In this document: in pieces, positions 12,601-24,700 of the stretch
How positions within the stretch are numbered: position 1 is the stretch's first letter
How the letters are laid out: every line of letters starts with the position of its first letter
Source of the DNA: Trichoplax sp. H2
Lineage: Eukaryota
Assembly (NCBI GenBank): GCA_003344405.1
Contig: NOWV01000156.1
Location: forward strand, 124,001 to 182,060
Length of the DNA: 58,060 nucleotides
Direction: 5' to 3'
Notes under the pieces: generated by a model
The model's database searches: none
What the model was told of the DNA's origin: nothing
What the model saw: the letters and a program-made list of their open reading frames with translations, nothing else
Program-made: the position numbers and the translations under genes

Positions 12601-13370
12601 GTCCAAAATATCTTAAAATTCTTTGCACTAAATTATCAATTACCGTGTTATGCTGCCTGCAACAATTTTTTCCATGATCCTAATATGCGTTGTCGATTAT
12701 CTGCATTTACAGTCATATGATCGCTTTACAAGAGCAGAAGGAACTTGATGGACAAACTACTGGAATAAGTGAATCAGTGCCACATAATGATTCAACCGTT
12801 GTGCCTAAAGCATTACCTGAGACTGTTCCTACGCAAGATTTTACCACTACTGATACAGTGTGTCAAGGAGATGAGTTAAGCAGGTATGTTCTATTTATTG
12901 ATTGTTAGCACATGAATGATAATAAGTTCACCATGCATGACTGTCCGGTAAAAGTATACATTAAAGTAAGACTTTACTTTTTTCCATTGATAAAGTGAGG
13001 CATTAGCATGGCGACTTCAATTTGATGAATATCATCATACTGAAACGACCTCAAAACGCAGCGCTTTACAAAGTAATCCCATAACGGAAATGCCTCCAGC
13101 TAGAGCAAATACATCTTCACGGGGTCAAATGCGAGCTGAAAATCCGACAGTGCAGGCGTCATCTCAATCTCGCCCTGGACAAAGTCAATCTACAGGAAAA
13201 CGAAGCGTAAGATTTTTAAGAAATATTCTTTGTACAGCACTACTTTAATGCCATCAATTGCTTTTAGAAATTGCTATTCTTGATGTTTCTATAATTCAAC
13301 AATACAAAGGGTAGGCTAATATTGCTGCGTCTTTTCGTATTTATAGGATGGCAACTGTTGTATCTTGTGA
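6644..13370 (+). CDS. MINDY2: Ubiquitin carboxyl-terminal hydrolase MINDY-1/2 (FAM63-like deubiquitinase), 8 exons
   Basis: Exons 6644-8026, 10439-10539, 11748-11938, 12052-12194, 12325-12596, 12713-12883, 12996-13206 and 13347-13370 splice in frame. Motifs: TQNINGPCPLIAIINIL (catalytic Cys), FDLLDINLYHGWLVDPQ, LFRNNHYSTLYKH (catalytic His), LVTDIGY, VWETL, two MIU-like helices (DHMIALQEQ, SEALAWRLQFDEY) and C-terminal CCIL*. Probably the single ortholog of MINDY1/MINDY2. Confidence 0.95.
7113..7792 (+). repeat. 60-bp coding tandem repeat (~11 copies) in MINDY exon 1
   Basis: Lines 7141-7741 align at an exact period of 60 and encode QPCPSDPNHQTLQANDEENN and variants. Confidence 0.98.
9610..10320. 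repeat. Degenerate ~175-bp tandem repeat (~4 copies) in MINDY intron 1
   Basis: TTCTAGACTGGATAGTTAA...GTATGGAAAA...TAGTCGTAATCATGTTACGAC...ACACAAGAAT recurs at ~9618, 9798, 9975 and 10145. Confidence 0.85.
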
Positions 13371-14848
13371 AGTACGTAAAACTCACACTTGTTTACTACA
13401 ACATGGAGTATATTTAATAAGTTGACTTTACATAATTCGGTACTATATTCTTACTTATTACAATCCGATTTCCAGTTTCGTAACTACATGTGATGGTGAT
13501 TTACAATGTATGTCTAGAAGTATGCATAAACGACTTAATTTTTCTATAGACCTTGCTTATGAAGTATTTTTGACCTTTATATAAAATGAATACATATATC
13601 TATATAAAATGTACATTAATTAAGATCTATTACTTTGAGATGAAAGAGTACCTCCCGTATGGAACCAGTGATAAATATATATTTTACATATTAACGTATA
13701 TAAATTCTATGTGCCACTACGTGATATATTATGGAAAATCTATAAAATGTAGTATCGTGTAAATTAAATATTTGTAAAAGCTAATAAGAGGAACTACGAT
13801 ACCATATCTCCGTTAATATAATAATGTTGTACTTACGTTTATTCGAAGTACATATACATTCTATGTGGTGTACGAGTTCACTATAAATATATGCAATAAT
13901 TTACTATTTAATTTATTCAATGAAATTAAATGAAGTAATAATTACTTCTTGTATTAAAAAGTCACTTTTATAAGTTCTATAGTGTACTTGGATTCATTTT
14001 TACAAAACGTCATGACGTGATAAATGCCGCATGTATTATATATAAGTTTCGGTAATTTTTTTACAGCAACTGATGTACAATTTGCACCATTCCATATATC
14101 ATACACAATCCAAGGCATTAATATTTTACTTTCGTATGGATACTGTTAAGCAGACTTACGTCGGATCATACTACATAGCGCGTTTCTATTCGGAGATAAT
14201 GCGTTGGTACATCACTTAATCTGACGGGTTATAATTACAACTGATCAAATACTAATATTCAAGCATGCTGTCCTGCACGCCTGCGCTAGTTCAATGACGA
14301 GAAAAATAAGAAATTGTTTAATACGCGTACAGTACAATCTGTTTCTATATCTTAATTACTGCATATGATTTCCACATAACATTGTCATTCCCATGCAAGG
14401 AGACACCGATCAGGATTAGTTCTTCATAACATTTATTCAGACAATCTAATAATTTATCTAGTCAATACTAGACATCTTTTGTACTGGTTATTTTGGTGTA
14501 GAAAATTGCAGATAAAAGAAGTTACTATTTAATCCCCTATGTTGAGGAAATTATGAAATGTTATTTGCAATACCAGTATAACGACAACCTTTAAGCAGCT
14601 AAGGGTTCAATAAGGATACTATCGTACTGTTTCAGCGCTAATACTATGTGAATGAAGTAATTTATACTACAGCGTAAGCTCTTTATTTCTAGATGGTAAA
14701 ATAGCTTATACAATAAAATTATTTATAAGAAATAGAACAGAACAAGTAAGGTAACATAAAGGGATCTTGTTAGCCTAAACTAAATGGAAATTCTGCAAAA
14801 TTTGGAGAATTATTGTTAACAAACATTAAGTTGACAAAACATATTAAT

Positions 14849-17800
14849 TTATGCCACACGTATAACACTATCAAGAAGGGACACGTAATTTGGATTAAAT
14901 TCCTCAACACGCCCGCGCAATATTTTAGGGCCAAAATTCTTGCTAAAAAATTGTAAACATTCACGAGCGGCGTGAGACGTCAACGAGCATTCCGAAGACT
15001 GCAGTAAATAAAGAATCATATTTTGCGATATATTAAAATTAGTTACAAGAAATGATGCCTAACTGATATCATTTAGACAAGGCTATATTATGTTTACCAA
15101 GCTCTCAAACACAATGTCCATGAAATTCATCCAGTAAGGCTTAAAAACACGCTTTCCTAACTTTTCAGCAATGATAGGTAGCTATAGCGATAAAAACTGT
15201 CATTGTAATATCTGCGTATGAAATTGTTTTAGCTAGGTATAGCTTGTACATGGAAATTTATTAAGCATAATTTCTTACCTGTTTGCAAATGGTTTCGTAG
15301 AAAAATACGTGCTGAGAATACTGTTTGTATCTACCAGCTTCAGCAATCGCGGGTAACAACTTGCTTATGTTCGTGTGGAAGGTAGACACTCTGCTTAATT
15401 CAGCTATAAGGTGAACACAGCTATGCAAAAAAAATATTTTTTTAAAAATAGCTATAAACTAAAATGCTAGCAAAGGCTAATAATACGAATATTAAAGCTA
15501 AAGAGTACTAACCCATCTGCTAGTTCCCAAGGCTCAGGTTGCTTGTAAAATTTTGACATTTCGTTCTCAGTATCACCTTTTCCCAGCTTAGGAGCAAGAG
15601 AGCCACATGAATATGTCTGTAATGTTAACGAATTTGAGATCTCAAATTAGAACGCTAATAGGATATGTCTCACCATAATACATTTTATATATAAAATAGC
15701 AAACCATGCGATTAGTATGTAAATCTGCTTCATTATCACGTATTCTTTTTGCAACACTGTACACAGCAGGGCTAGGATCCATTGACGAGTATCTGATAAT
15801 TAATATATATATAATGGTATCACAAATTTGCAATACTAACCGTACTTAGTGCAAATAGTTATTACCTTTTGGCATCAGCTGGTTGATCCTTCATTTTAGC
15901 TAAGCCTTGGATAATTGTTTTCTCAATAACAATGTATTCATCGTTTCCTAAATAAATTTTATAATTATAGGAAAAATTAGCAGCTACGATCATCTTGTGG
16001 ATAACAAAATTTAGGCATTTATGACTATTAACTAACCGTATACTTCTGCTACTTTGGCTAAAGATATAGCAGCGCCTTGCCGAACGGACTGTATACTGTC
16101 CGATAAGTTCTTAACAAATAAATCATGAAGTTCACTCAGGGAAGGTCTACGAAGAGTGGTAATAAAAAATGATAATTGGTTAAGATTGTGGAATGAAATC
16201 AAATTATTACATAAAAAGGATGAGTTGGTAAACCGGCAAGGTTCCGGAAAGCAGCTTATAAAATTTCCACAAGCTAAACATGCAGCTGAAAACAGTAAAC
16301 ATTAACATAAGCAAAAATGATCGATATTTAAAAGTTTCAAAAATGCAATACATCTATAGCTGTTGGAGTCATCAACGAAAACTTACCATCTCTAACTGGC
16401 CAACTTTGATCTTTGAAACATACCAGGAGAGTAGCAATCAATTGTTGCACGAATGGATGTAGACATTCGGGAGAAATCTAGATTAAATTAATCAGTTTCA
16501 TCGTTATACTACATTCTTTATATTAACTATGATCTCGAATAGTAACTTACTTAACTGAACGGAGTATATTTACATACTGTACGAATATATACGGCATAAA
16601 TAAAACGGCATAATTTCCAATTTCTAAGTGATTTATTTCCTGTAGCTGGGTTGACTAATGTTTTGACTTACTTTTTGACCAAGTTCCGCTATACAAACAC
16701 AAGCAGCTTCACGAACAGCATGATTGTCAGCATTGGTTTGCTGCACATAAAACTTTACCTAGAAGAGGTTATTATAATTATTATTTATTAATCTAGCCAT
16801 AATAAAATGCATTCATAATCACCTTATTAGTATATATATATACTGTAATTCATAGTTGTTGAAATTGATTGGTTTGCATCAATGTTATAGCATACTTACA
16901 AAGTCCGCTACGTACGATTCTACCAAATTTCGCCCATCAGGTCCTACAGTTAATCGCCAATTTTCTTGTGAATAATTTCGTACACCTTCAGCGATATAGT
17001 ATCTACAAGGTAAATAGTGATAATTTTTTGCAATCACGTCGTGTACAATTTATCATCGTAAGTTGGTAATGATCAGATTCATATCCATATTCGAGCAATC
17101 TTTAGTTAAATTGTTCATTTTTCTAGATAAGTCGACTATACTATTGTTGCGGATACCTATTCAAGCACATTGGTGGTAGAATGCTGGGAAAATAACGTTT
17201 ACTAGCATCAACATCCGTAAGGATAGTAAGCATTTGGCGAGTGGCAATAGAAGCTGCCAATCGTACCTGATTGATAGAATAATAGGCATAGATTTTAATA
17301 AAAAATCAAAAACAACTTGCTAAATAAAAAATTACTTTGGTAGGTAGAATGTAATTTTGTCTTCATATACATATGTCATAACGTCATACCTGGCTCCAAT
17401 TATCGGATAGTCCAGCGACCAAAACGTCGACAAATTGCGTACCTTTTTCCCAACATTTTGTTTCTTTATAGCCGGGTTGCAGTGTACCTTTCTCTATTAC
17501 ATTGCCGTTAGGTTGATAGTTAGAAGAATTGATCAACTACGATTACTGTATATGCAAGATGATATTTCATACACAATTAGATTGACATGTACCGTTTGAT
17601 CCTAATTCACTTTTGATGAGTACACCGAGTGTTCGAAATCCAATTTCCCTTACACATCGGTTAGTATGTTTTGTTGTTTCAAATAGTAATTCCAAGAGTT
17701 CATTATTTATGTACGGATGAAATTTCTTACCACAACCATCAATCATGCATTCTAAACACCTTGATGAGGAATACATGGAGAATAAGATTATTCTATTGTG

Positions 17801-19057
17801 TCTATGCAAATTATTTGTAACCTGTGGTCCATGATATTCACAGATAAAATAACCATGTTACTAATGTCAGTATTAAATTCTTAAGCAATGTATAATTTAC
17901 AGGGAGCGTAATCTATAGAACGTCAAAATGTATACAATTAAAGAAAATGAACGATGCCGATAAGTTCATATCAAAATGAAACGATACATGTGTTGGTTAG
18001 AAATAACTTGACCTTTTTGCTATTCTTTAAGGCGTTTGATTTTGTTAACAACACAAATAAATAACGAATAAAGATTAGTAACACTTACTGCATGCCTGTT
18101 TCTAATGATTGCCAACCAGCGGTATCGTGTAATATTTTGGAGATAAGATTATCATCCTTTGATTGCGGCTGGATATTGGTTTACACAAATAGATGCGTAC
18201 ATAAAAAAGAGAGAGTATGTTATGTCATTTACAATTTAAAGTGTATTTTTATCGTGCGCATCCGTTAAGCAATGGTAGACGTACTTCATTTTTGATATCT
18301 TTATCAGGAGATTTTGGTAGCATTTTATCCTTTAGTTGTTGCATGGCTAAGGCGTCTAAAAGTTCCATTGAACGTTCCATGTTATCACGAATGGATTGCA
18401 ATACTCCATGTTGAAAGTGTTGATAAGCTACATGGCCAAGACGTTTGCAAAGTGCACCTGCCACCTCACCTATTGTAAATGATGCAAAAAGAAATAATTT
18501 AGTGGTGTCATTTATAAATGGAAAATTGTTCACGTCATCTCGAATAGTCTCTACATCATCAATAGTGCTCCTGTTGAAGTCCATGGAAGTCTATCTACGC
18601 CATGGTTATCGCATAAAGCGTGTCATTTCAAACTGTACGAGTCGATTTCAATGGCATCACATGGATAATTAACCGCGTAAGCCATTGAAGGGATTGACTG
18701 TGAATAAGGAATTCATTTTTGATGCTATATTATCATTTTTTATATCGTACCTGCCGCAAATCGAACTCTTGCTTCGGAATGTTGAAGTAAATGGATGCAA
18801 GAGTCTTGAAGGTGACCAATGAAATCTTGACTACATTGCGGTATATGTAAAAGTAGCAATTTACTTGCTAGCAGTCCACCTTGACATGATTCCCATTGGT
18901 CTGTCGCTTGTATCAATGTTATTAAGCTATTTTCAACATGGGTGATGTCATTGAGGCCAAGGTTAATTTGATCGGTCAATTGGCTTAATCCTTTATCACG
19001 ATCAAGCTTGTTGTGACTACTGAGTAAGGTACACCACTGATCACGATTGGGATCCAT
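14849..19057 (-). CDS. Uncharacterised HEAT/ARM-repeat protein, ~17 exons
   Basis: Exons from 19057-18751, 18469-18285 and 18168-18089 through to 14998-14849 splice in frame with GT-AG ends. HEAT-type segments include HSEARVRFAAGEVAGALC, HTNRCVREIGF, GLSDNWSQVRLAAS, ADNHAVREAACVCIAEL, FKDQSWPVRDAACLAC and LSDSIQSVRQGAAISL. The protein ends ...SLLDSVIRVA*. Confidence 0.88.
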
Positions 19058-19984
19058 TTTATTTCAGAATGATCAACTTGAATTTATCTTTGAAGATAAT
19101 GAAATGATGAAGAAATTATGAATCGTTATCGTCGTTCTCTACGATGAGAAGGACTAAGCTCATCGATTGAATATTATCCGACTACCAATACTGTACTGTA
19201 CAGTGCTGTCTAATAGTAGTATGCCGTCGATGAAACACTATTGATGCTGTGGTCAACAACAACATTTCATCGAGTAGAATATTGTACAGTAATGAAGACT
19301 TGACGATGGCTATTTCGGCAAGGCATGATTTATTCATAATGAACACATCATGGACAGTAGGCATCCAAATTGATGACAGTAGAATAACAAGTTGCAGTCC
19401 ATTGTCCGGACGATTGCATTCAATCTCGTTGGACTAGTACTGTGCCTTGGACAATTTGTTGTTTATACTATCATCCACTGGGTACATCAACACAAATATG
19501 AAATGATCTGATGAAATGCATCTTAATCTATTCTAAACTGGTAACACATGCCTTGGGGAAAGCAAGGCTCCATTGAGCTGGTTACGTATGATGATTATTG
19601 TAATCTAGTGGTTGCTTACCAACAAAGTTTGATGATGGACTTGTGCAATGTTGTACAGCGTGTTGAATTGACAGATTTGCTTGTCGATTGAATCCAGTTC
19701 GATGCTACAGTTCAGGTATTCTCGATAGCCAAGTAATGCTATCTGCAATAGAGCTCAATGCCAACTGTCTACGAGTAGAAGCTATCCAAAATATCAAATC
19801 AATCTTGAATAGGAGCCATTCCAAGTTTCCTGCTGACAATGCAAAGTTGCAGAATACCGTCCACCTAGTAGAAGCTGGTTGCTGAGTCAGCAACGTTTGC
19901 TATCTTGACTGGCTCAGGCTACACTCGATGGAGTGTTTGAGCAGCGAGCTGATGCGGCCGGCTTGTAGGACAATAACAATCGTG

Positions 19985-21110
19985 TCCATTGTACGGTACA
20001 GTACAGCAGGTCAAGGGGCTTCATTTTACAGTGTATGTACTGTATGTGTCGATAGGGGCAAAAGTGTAATGGATCAACTCTCTTAGTTGTACAGTATAGA
20101 AATTGATAATTGATCGAGACATAGTACAGTCTAGTGAAGTCCAATGGACGTCCTGTACAGTACTGTACAATGTACTGTATGGTACTGTACCTTACAGTAC
20201 GATGTACTGTCGAAAAATGGTACAGTACACTGTATTGTACACTGTACACTGTAGACAGGGCAGTACTAATACTATAGTGTACAGTCGTCTCCGGCAAATT
20301 GTAATTAGATACAGTATATTTTACTACCTATTGAGACTACTATACAGTACAGTATACAGTACAGTACAGTCTGTGGTTGCCGACTAGTTTATGGCGAGCT
20401 GGATAAAGGCTATGGGCAAAAGTGAGTGTTGACGAGTTGATACAGTACAGGTGAATCCAGTCACAACTGTCTCCACTGTACAATACACTGTACTGTACAG
20501 TCCTTCTCGAACAGGTTAATCCAGACACAAGTGAGTCCAGTCCAGCTCGAACAGTACCGTAGAGTGTAGACTGTAGACTGTATGTACTGTACAGTAGGCT
20601 ATACTGCACAGTGCACAGTACTGTACTGTACAGTAGCACAACATCCAGTTCGAACAGTACTATACTGTAGAGTGTAGACTGTAGACTGTACAGTATGACA
20701 CAACATCCAGTTGGAACAGTACTGTAGACCATAGACTGTAGACTGTAGACTGTATGTACTGTACTGTAGGCTATACTGCACAGTGCACAGTACTGTACTG
20801 TACAGTAGCACAACATCCAGTTCGAACAGTACTATACTGTAGAGTGTAGACTGTAGACTGTACAGTATGACACAACATCCAGTTGGAACAGTACTGTAGA
20901 CCATAGACTGTAGACTGTAGACTGTATGTACTGTACTGTAGGCTATACTGCACAGTGCACAGTACTGTACTGTACAGTAGCACAACATCCAGTTCGAACA
21001 GTACTATACTGTAGAGTGTAGACTGTAGACTGTACAGTATGACACAACATCCAGTTGGAACAGTACTGTAGACCATAGACTGTAGACTGTACAGTGTACA
21101 GTACTGTAGG
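19985..21110. repeat. GTAC/ACTGTAG-rich satellite with a 172-bp higher-order repeat (~3.3 copies, 20540-21110)
   Basis: GGCTATACTGCACAGTGCACAGTACTGTACTGTACAGTAGCACAACATCCAGTTCGAACAGTAC... starts at 20597, 20769 and 20941 (period 172). Each unit has two related halves (CAACATCCAGTTCGAAC / CAACATCCAGTTGGAAC) and ACTGTAG runs. A degenerate flank covers 19985-20540. Confidence 0.95.
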
Positions 21111-21584
21111 TCACGACATCCTGCGGAAAGTATCGACCGTCGGCGGCTGAAAGCGACGCACACCTGACCTCAAGCCTGCAACGCCAACCCTTGCAGGACG
21201 AACTACCTGATCAAGTCATCCTCCAGGCGAGTGATCACTAGGCCGCGATCGAACGTTCCTTGTCCGTCATACCACTGTTTGTCTATTACTGAGCGTCAAC
21301 TGCGTTGATGACGTACGTGTCGAGGCCCCGGCAGCCCCCCCCCCCCCTCAGTCTGTATAGTCGTGGTTGGGAGGTAAGTGGAACATTGATCAGCAGCAAG
21401 TCGTCGATGCTCAAGCTAAAGTGGAATAGCAGCAATCCATCTTCAACTTTGCAATCGTGCTGATTTTCATCGGTTATCTCCTTCTTCTTCAACAACGACT
21501 GTGCTATTGGCTGACATTATCCACTAGTGGAAAGCAACACGTCGCGAGCGTCAGCAGGCTGGAAGCAATCTGGCCAGCGATCGG

Positions 21585-21711
21585 GTAAGATGACCACGGG
21601 AAAGAAGTGGAGAAAGGATTGAAATGATCCATCATCCATGGATAGAATAGAATGAGTCAAGATCGATGGATAGCAGAGAAATAGTCATCATCATTCTTTT
21701 CTTTCATCTAG
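21585..21711 (+). other. Probable 5'UTR intron of MED25
   Basis: Donor G|GTAAGA at ~21585 (an alternative G|GTAAGT lies at 21374) and polypyrimidine acceptor TTTTCTTTCATCTAG at 21711. There is an in-frame TGA upstream of the ATG at 21789. Confidence 0.45.
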
Positions 21712-21788
21712 GTTGGAGACCATTCTATTGGCCTTGGATACGATCATCATCATATTGACTTGCAAGTGGTAACACATTACTACTTGCA

Positions 21789-24700
21789 ATGGCGGATGTT
21801 GTATTTGTTGTCGAAGCGACCGCTAATTTAGCCGAACATTTCACTCAATTGAAAGAATCCTATTTGCTACCAGCAATGGAGTAAGTAGACAGACTTGATC
21901 TTTTATCCAAGTCAACATTGCTTGCATACTTGAGCCACCAAAATAACCCTTGACTATGGCACATGTTGTTTGAATTGTCCTTTTGCCAACCTCGTACAGT
22001 AGTGTACAAGATTTTTTTTTTTCCTCCTCCCCCCCCCTTTACCTTCACCGTGATCCAATCAATACCATCTTCAATATGGATTGATTTTCCCAATACCTTG
22101 TAGCAAACTCTATACTGTACTTTGCCGCAATAGAATCGTTAGTAAACCTCATTTTCAATATTACTCTCTTCCTTGCTTGCCGATCCTTTCGACATGGACT
22201 ATTCTACTCGATAAAGCAATCGCCGAGATCATTCCTAAATATCCCTCTCAGTCTTGTTGATAACGATTGTTATCCATCCATGCTAGCCATAATACGATCG
22301 TATCCAGTTCAACCTACTGTTTGCGTATCGATCCCTGACTTTCTATCACCACCAACCATGGCTGCAGCCAATGCTTCATCGGCCATCGTTTCGCTTTTTA
22401 GAATTCCATTTCTGAACTGTATTAGCCATTGCAGCCATCATCTTCCTCATAGACTACTTTCATCTCCCATCCAACTCCTTTATCCATTGCAAGTTGATGT
22501 CTTTTCCTCAACGCTTCTCTTTTCCCCCCCCCTCAAAAGTAGTCCCTGCCATTCCTTTCTTCATGGTTAATCCGACCGACGCCATTGCATCCTATCGACC
22601 ACAAGATAAATGCCCTTTCCATCCCCTAGTTTGAAAATATAATGCAATATCGAACGACAATTCTTTTGAATTGTATTGTGCCACACAGATTAGATGATGA
22701 TTTACCGTAGATTCTCAATCGTCTTCAATCATTCTAATAGAAGAATGAGGAAATACCAGTTCAGTTAATATAGAAAATTATCCACTAAATGGTGTTATCA
22801 CTTTGTTGCTGTAGTTTGCTTGATTGCAAGCGATATACCCTAACAGAGCATGATGATTTCACCTTGGTCTTCAAATGGCAACTCCAATAACTTGACTGTT
22901 GACAAAGATTTCCCATCAATACTATTGAAAATGCCCTTCCATCGATGCAATGCAATGCAATGGATATTGCAATCCATCATTGGACTCCAATAACAAAGTT
23001 TGCAAACGTTCGCAAGGTCTACAGCCATCTCTAAGCTGTATCATGAGAAACGATGGTCGGGTTATATCGCTGCCTTCATAAATTCATTAATCGAAACATC
23101 ATTGCCATTCCATTTTTATAAAGCGCAAAAAAATGGTCCATCTGCCCCCCTCTGTAAAATGATCATCGTCCAACTTTGAAATCAGTAACTAACTAATGTC
23201 AAAGTATCCCCCTATTCAAGATGGCGGAAAAAAATTAAAAAAACAGCGTCAATGTCTCTCCACTGAGTTATTTGCTTTTTGCCGATCACCTAGCAAATAC
23301 TGTCCATACTTTTCAAACCTTTTCTATCGCTCTGTTCCATTTGCCTTGATGAATATGCAATGAATTGGACGTTAAGCCTAATGCGTGATGATTCATATTA
23401 TCTTCCATTTGCTCGTGTTAAAAGGACATCCTTATAAACGATCAATGCCTGTTGCTCAAAATGAATCATTACTATTTTGGGGCAGGCCAAATACCCCTTT
23501 TTGGGCAACGGCCAAGATATCATGTATAAGCTGATCGATAACCAATCATCGTTATTCAACGATACGACGATATCATCATCCAGATTTCTACATAGGCATC
23601 TGTACGTATTTCTTTTTCTTCCCTGTTTTTTTCAACCCATGGAAAACACCTTGATGATGATGATGTGAAAAATGCTTAAATCTTGTTGTAGTATTGGATT
23701 GTTAGCCGTCTTTCAACTGATGCTGAATCACAAACACTCTAAAGCCAGTTGGATTTCAAAGCTATCACTATATCCGTATCTAGTCCAGCCTTATATTGAA
23801 TAATAATCCCCAAACGGATAACCCCCAATCAGTTAAATAGATGAACATCGATATTTTACATTCATCTCTGACTTCCAATATGGATTTGATGATGACGATT
23901 CAAGACGCATCCATGGACTGGTTTAGCCCAGCCTTATTTAAAATAAAATTGGCAAAGATGATAATGATGCTGGTAATTAAAGAATCAATTCGCCTACGTC
24001 CAATCGATTAAATGTGAAAATTTCTCATTCGTCTCCCTTACACATGCCTACCTAGACGGCATTCTAGTGTTGTGTGTATATATATATATTCTGAATAGCA
24101 CAAAAAAGCACATCGGTAATACTGTCTTGCACTGACTTGGAACATTGCAAGTTTGTCAACTTTAATGAAAGATACCCCCACCAAAAATGATATTCCGATC
24201 TATTCCCATCCAAGTGTCCACTCTTAGCCAATACGATCATCATCATCGAGTCGTTACTGATTGCACTAGAATGATCCGTGTCATTTCCATCTTCATGATA
24301 TGGCACAGTAAAAGAATAAAATCGCTCTTAATGGTCAAATTGGGCATAAAGATGTACAGCTGCTAGCCATATTTAAAGCCGGTCCATACATACTCTAACC
24401 GCATTGAAAACTTTTTGCACTAGTTCTCTCCTGTTACAAAATAGAACGCATTCAGTTGAAATGTTCTTCTTATTAGTCTACTCTTTCTTTTCTTGCTAGG
24501 GCAGTTTCTTTTTTATTAATAATACCTTCAAACTCGTCCACGCTATCGAACATTTTTCACCCCACTTTGTTCATTGCTATCATGCCAATGCTGAACGGTA
24601 TTCTATCACCTGACATTTTTCTTATATTTCCTCCATCCTTTCATGTAACTATCGAATACTCTCGTAAAATCAATTGCCNNNNNNNNNNNNNNNNNNNNTA

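Noticed and set aside
19914-21163. YSTV/CTVQ-rich ORFs
   Set aside because: Products of the second satellite, with identical peptides repeating at the 172-bp period.
21190-21235. Resemblance of minus-strand CTGGAGGATGACTTGATCAGG to 7SL/SRP RNA
   Set aside because: No Alu-domain 5' end and no S-domain helix 8 motif at the expected distance.
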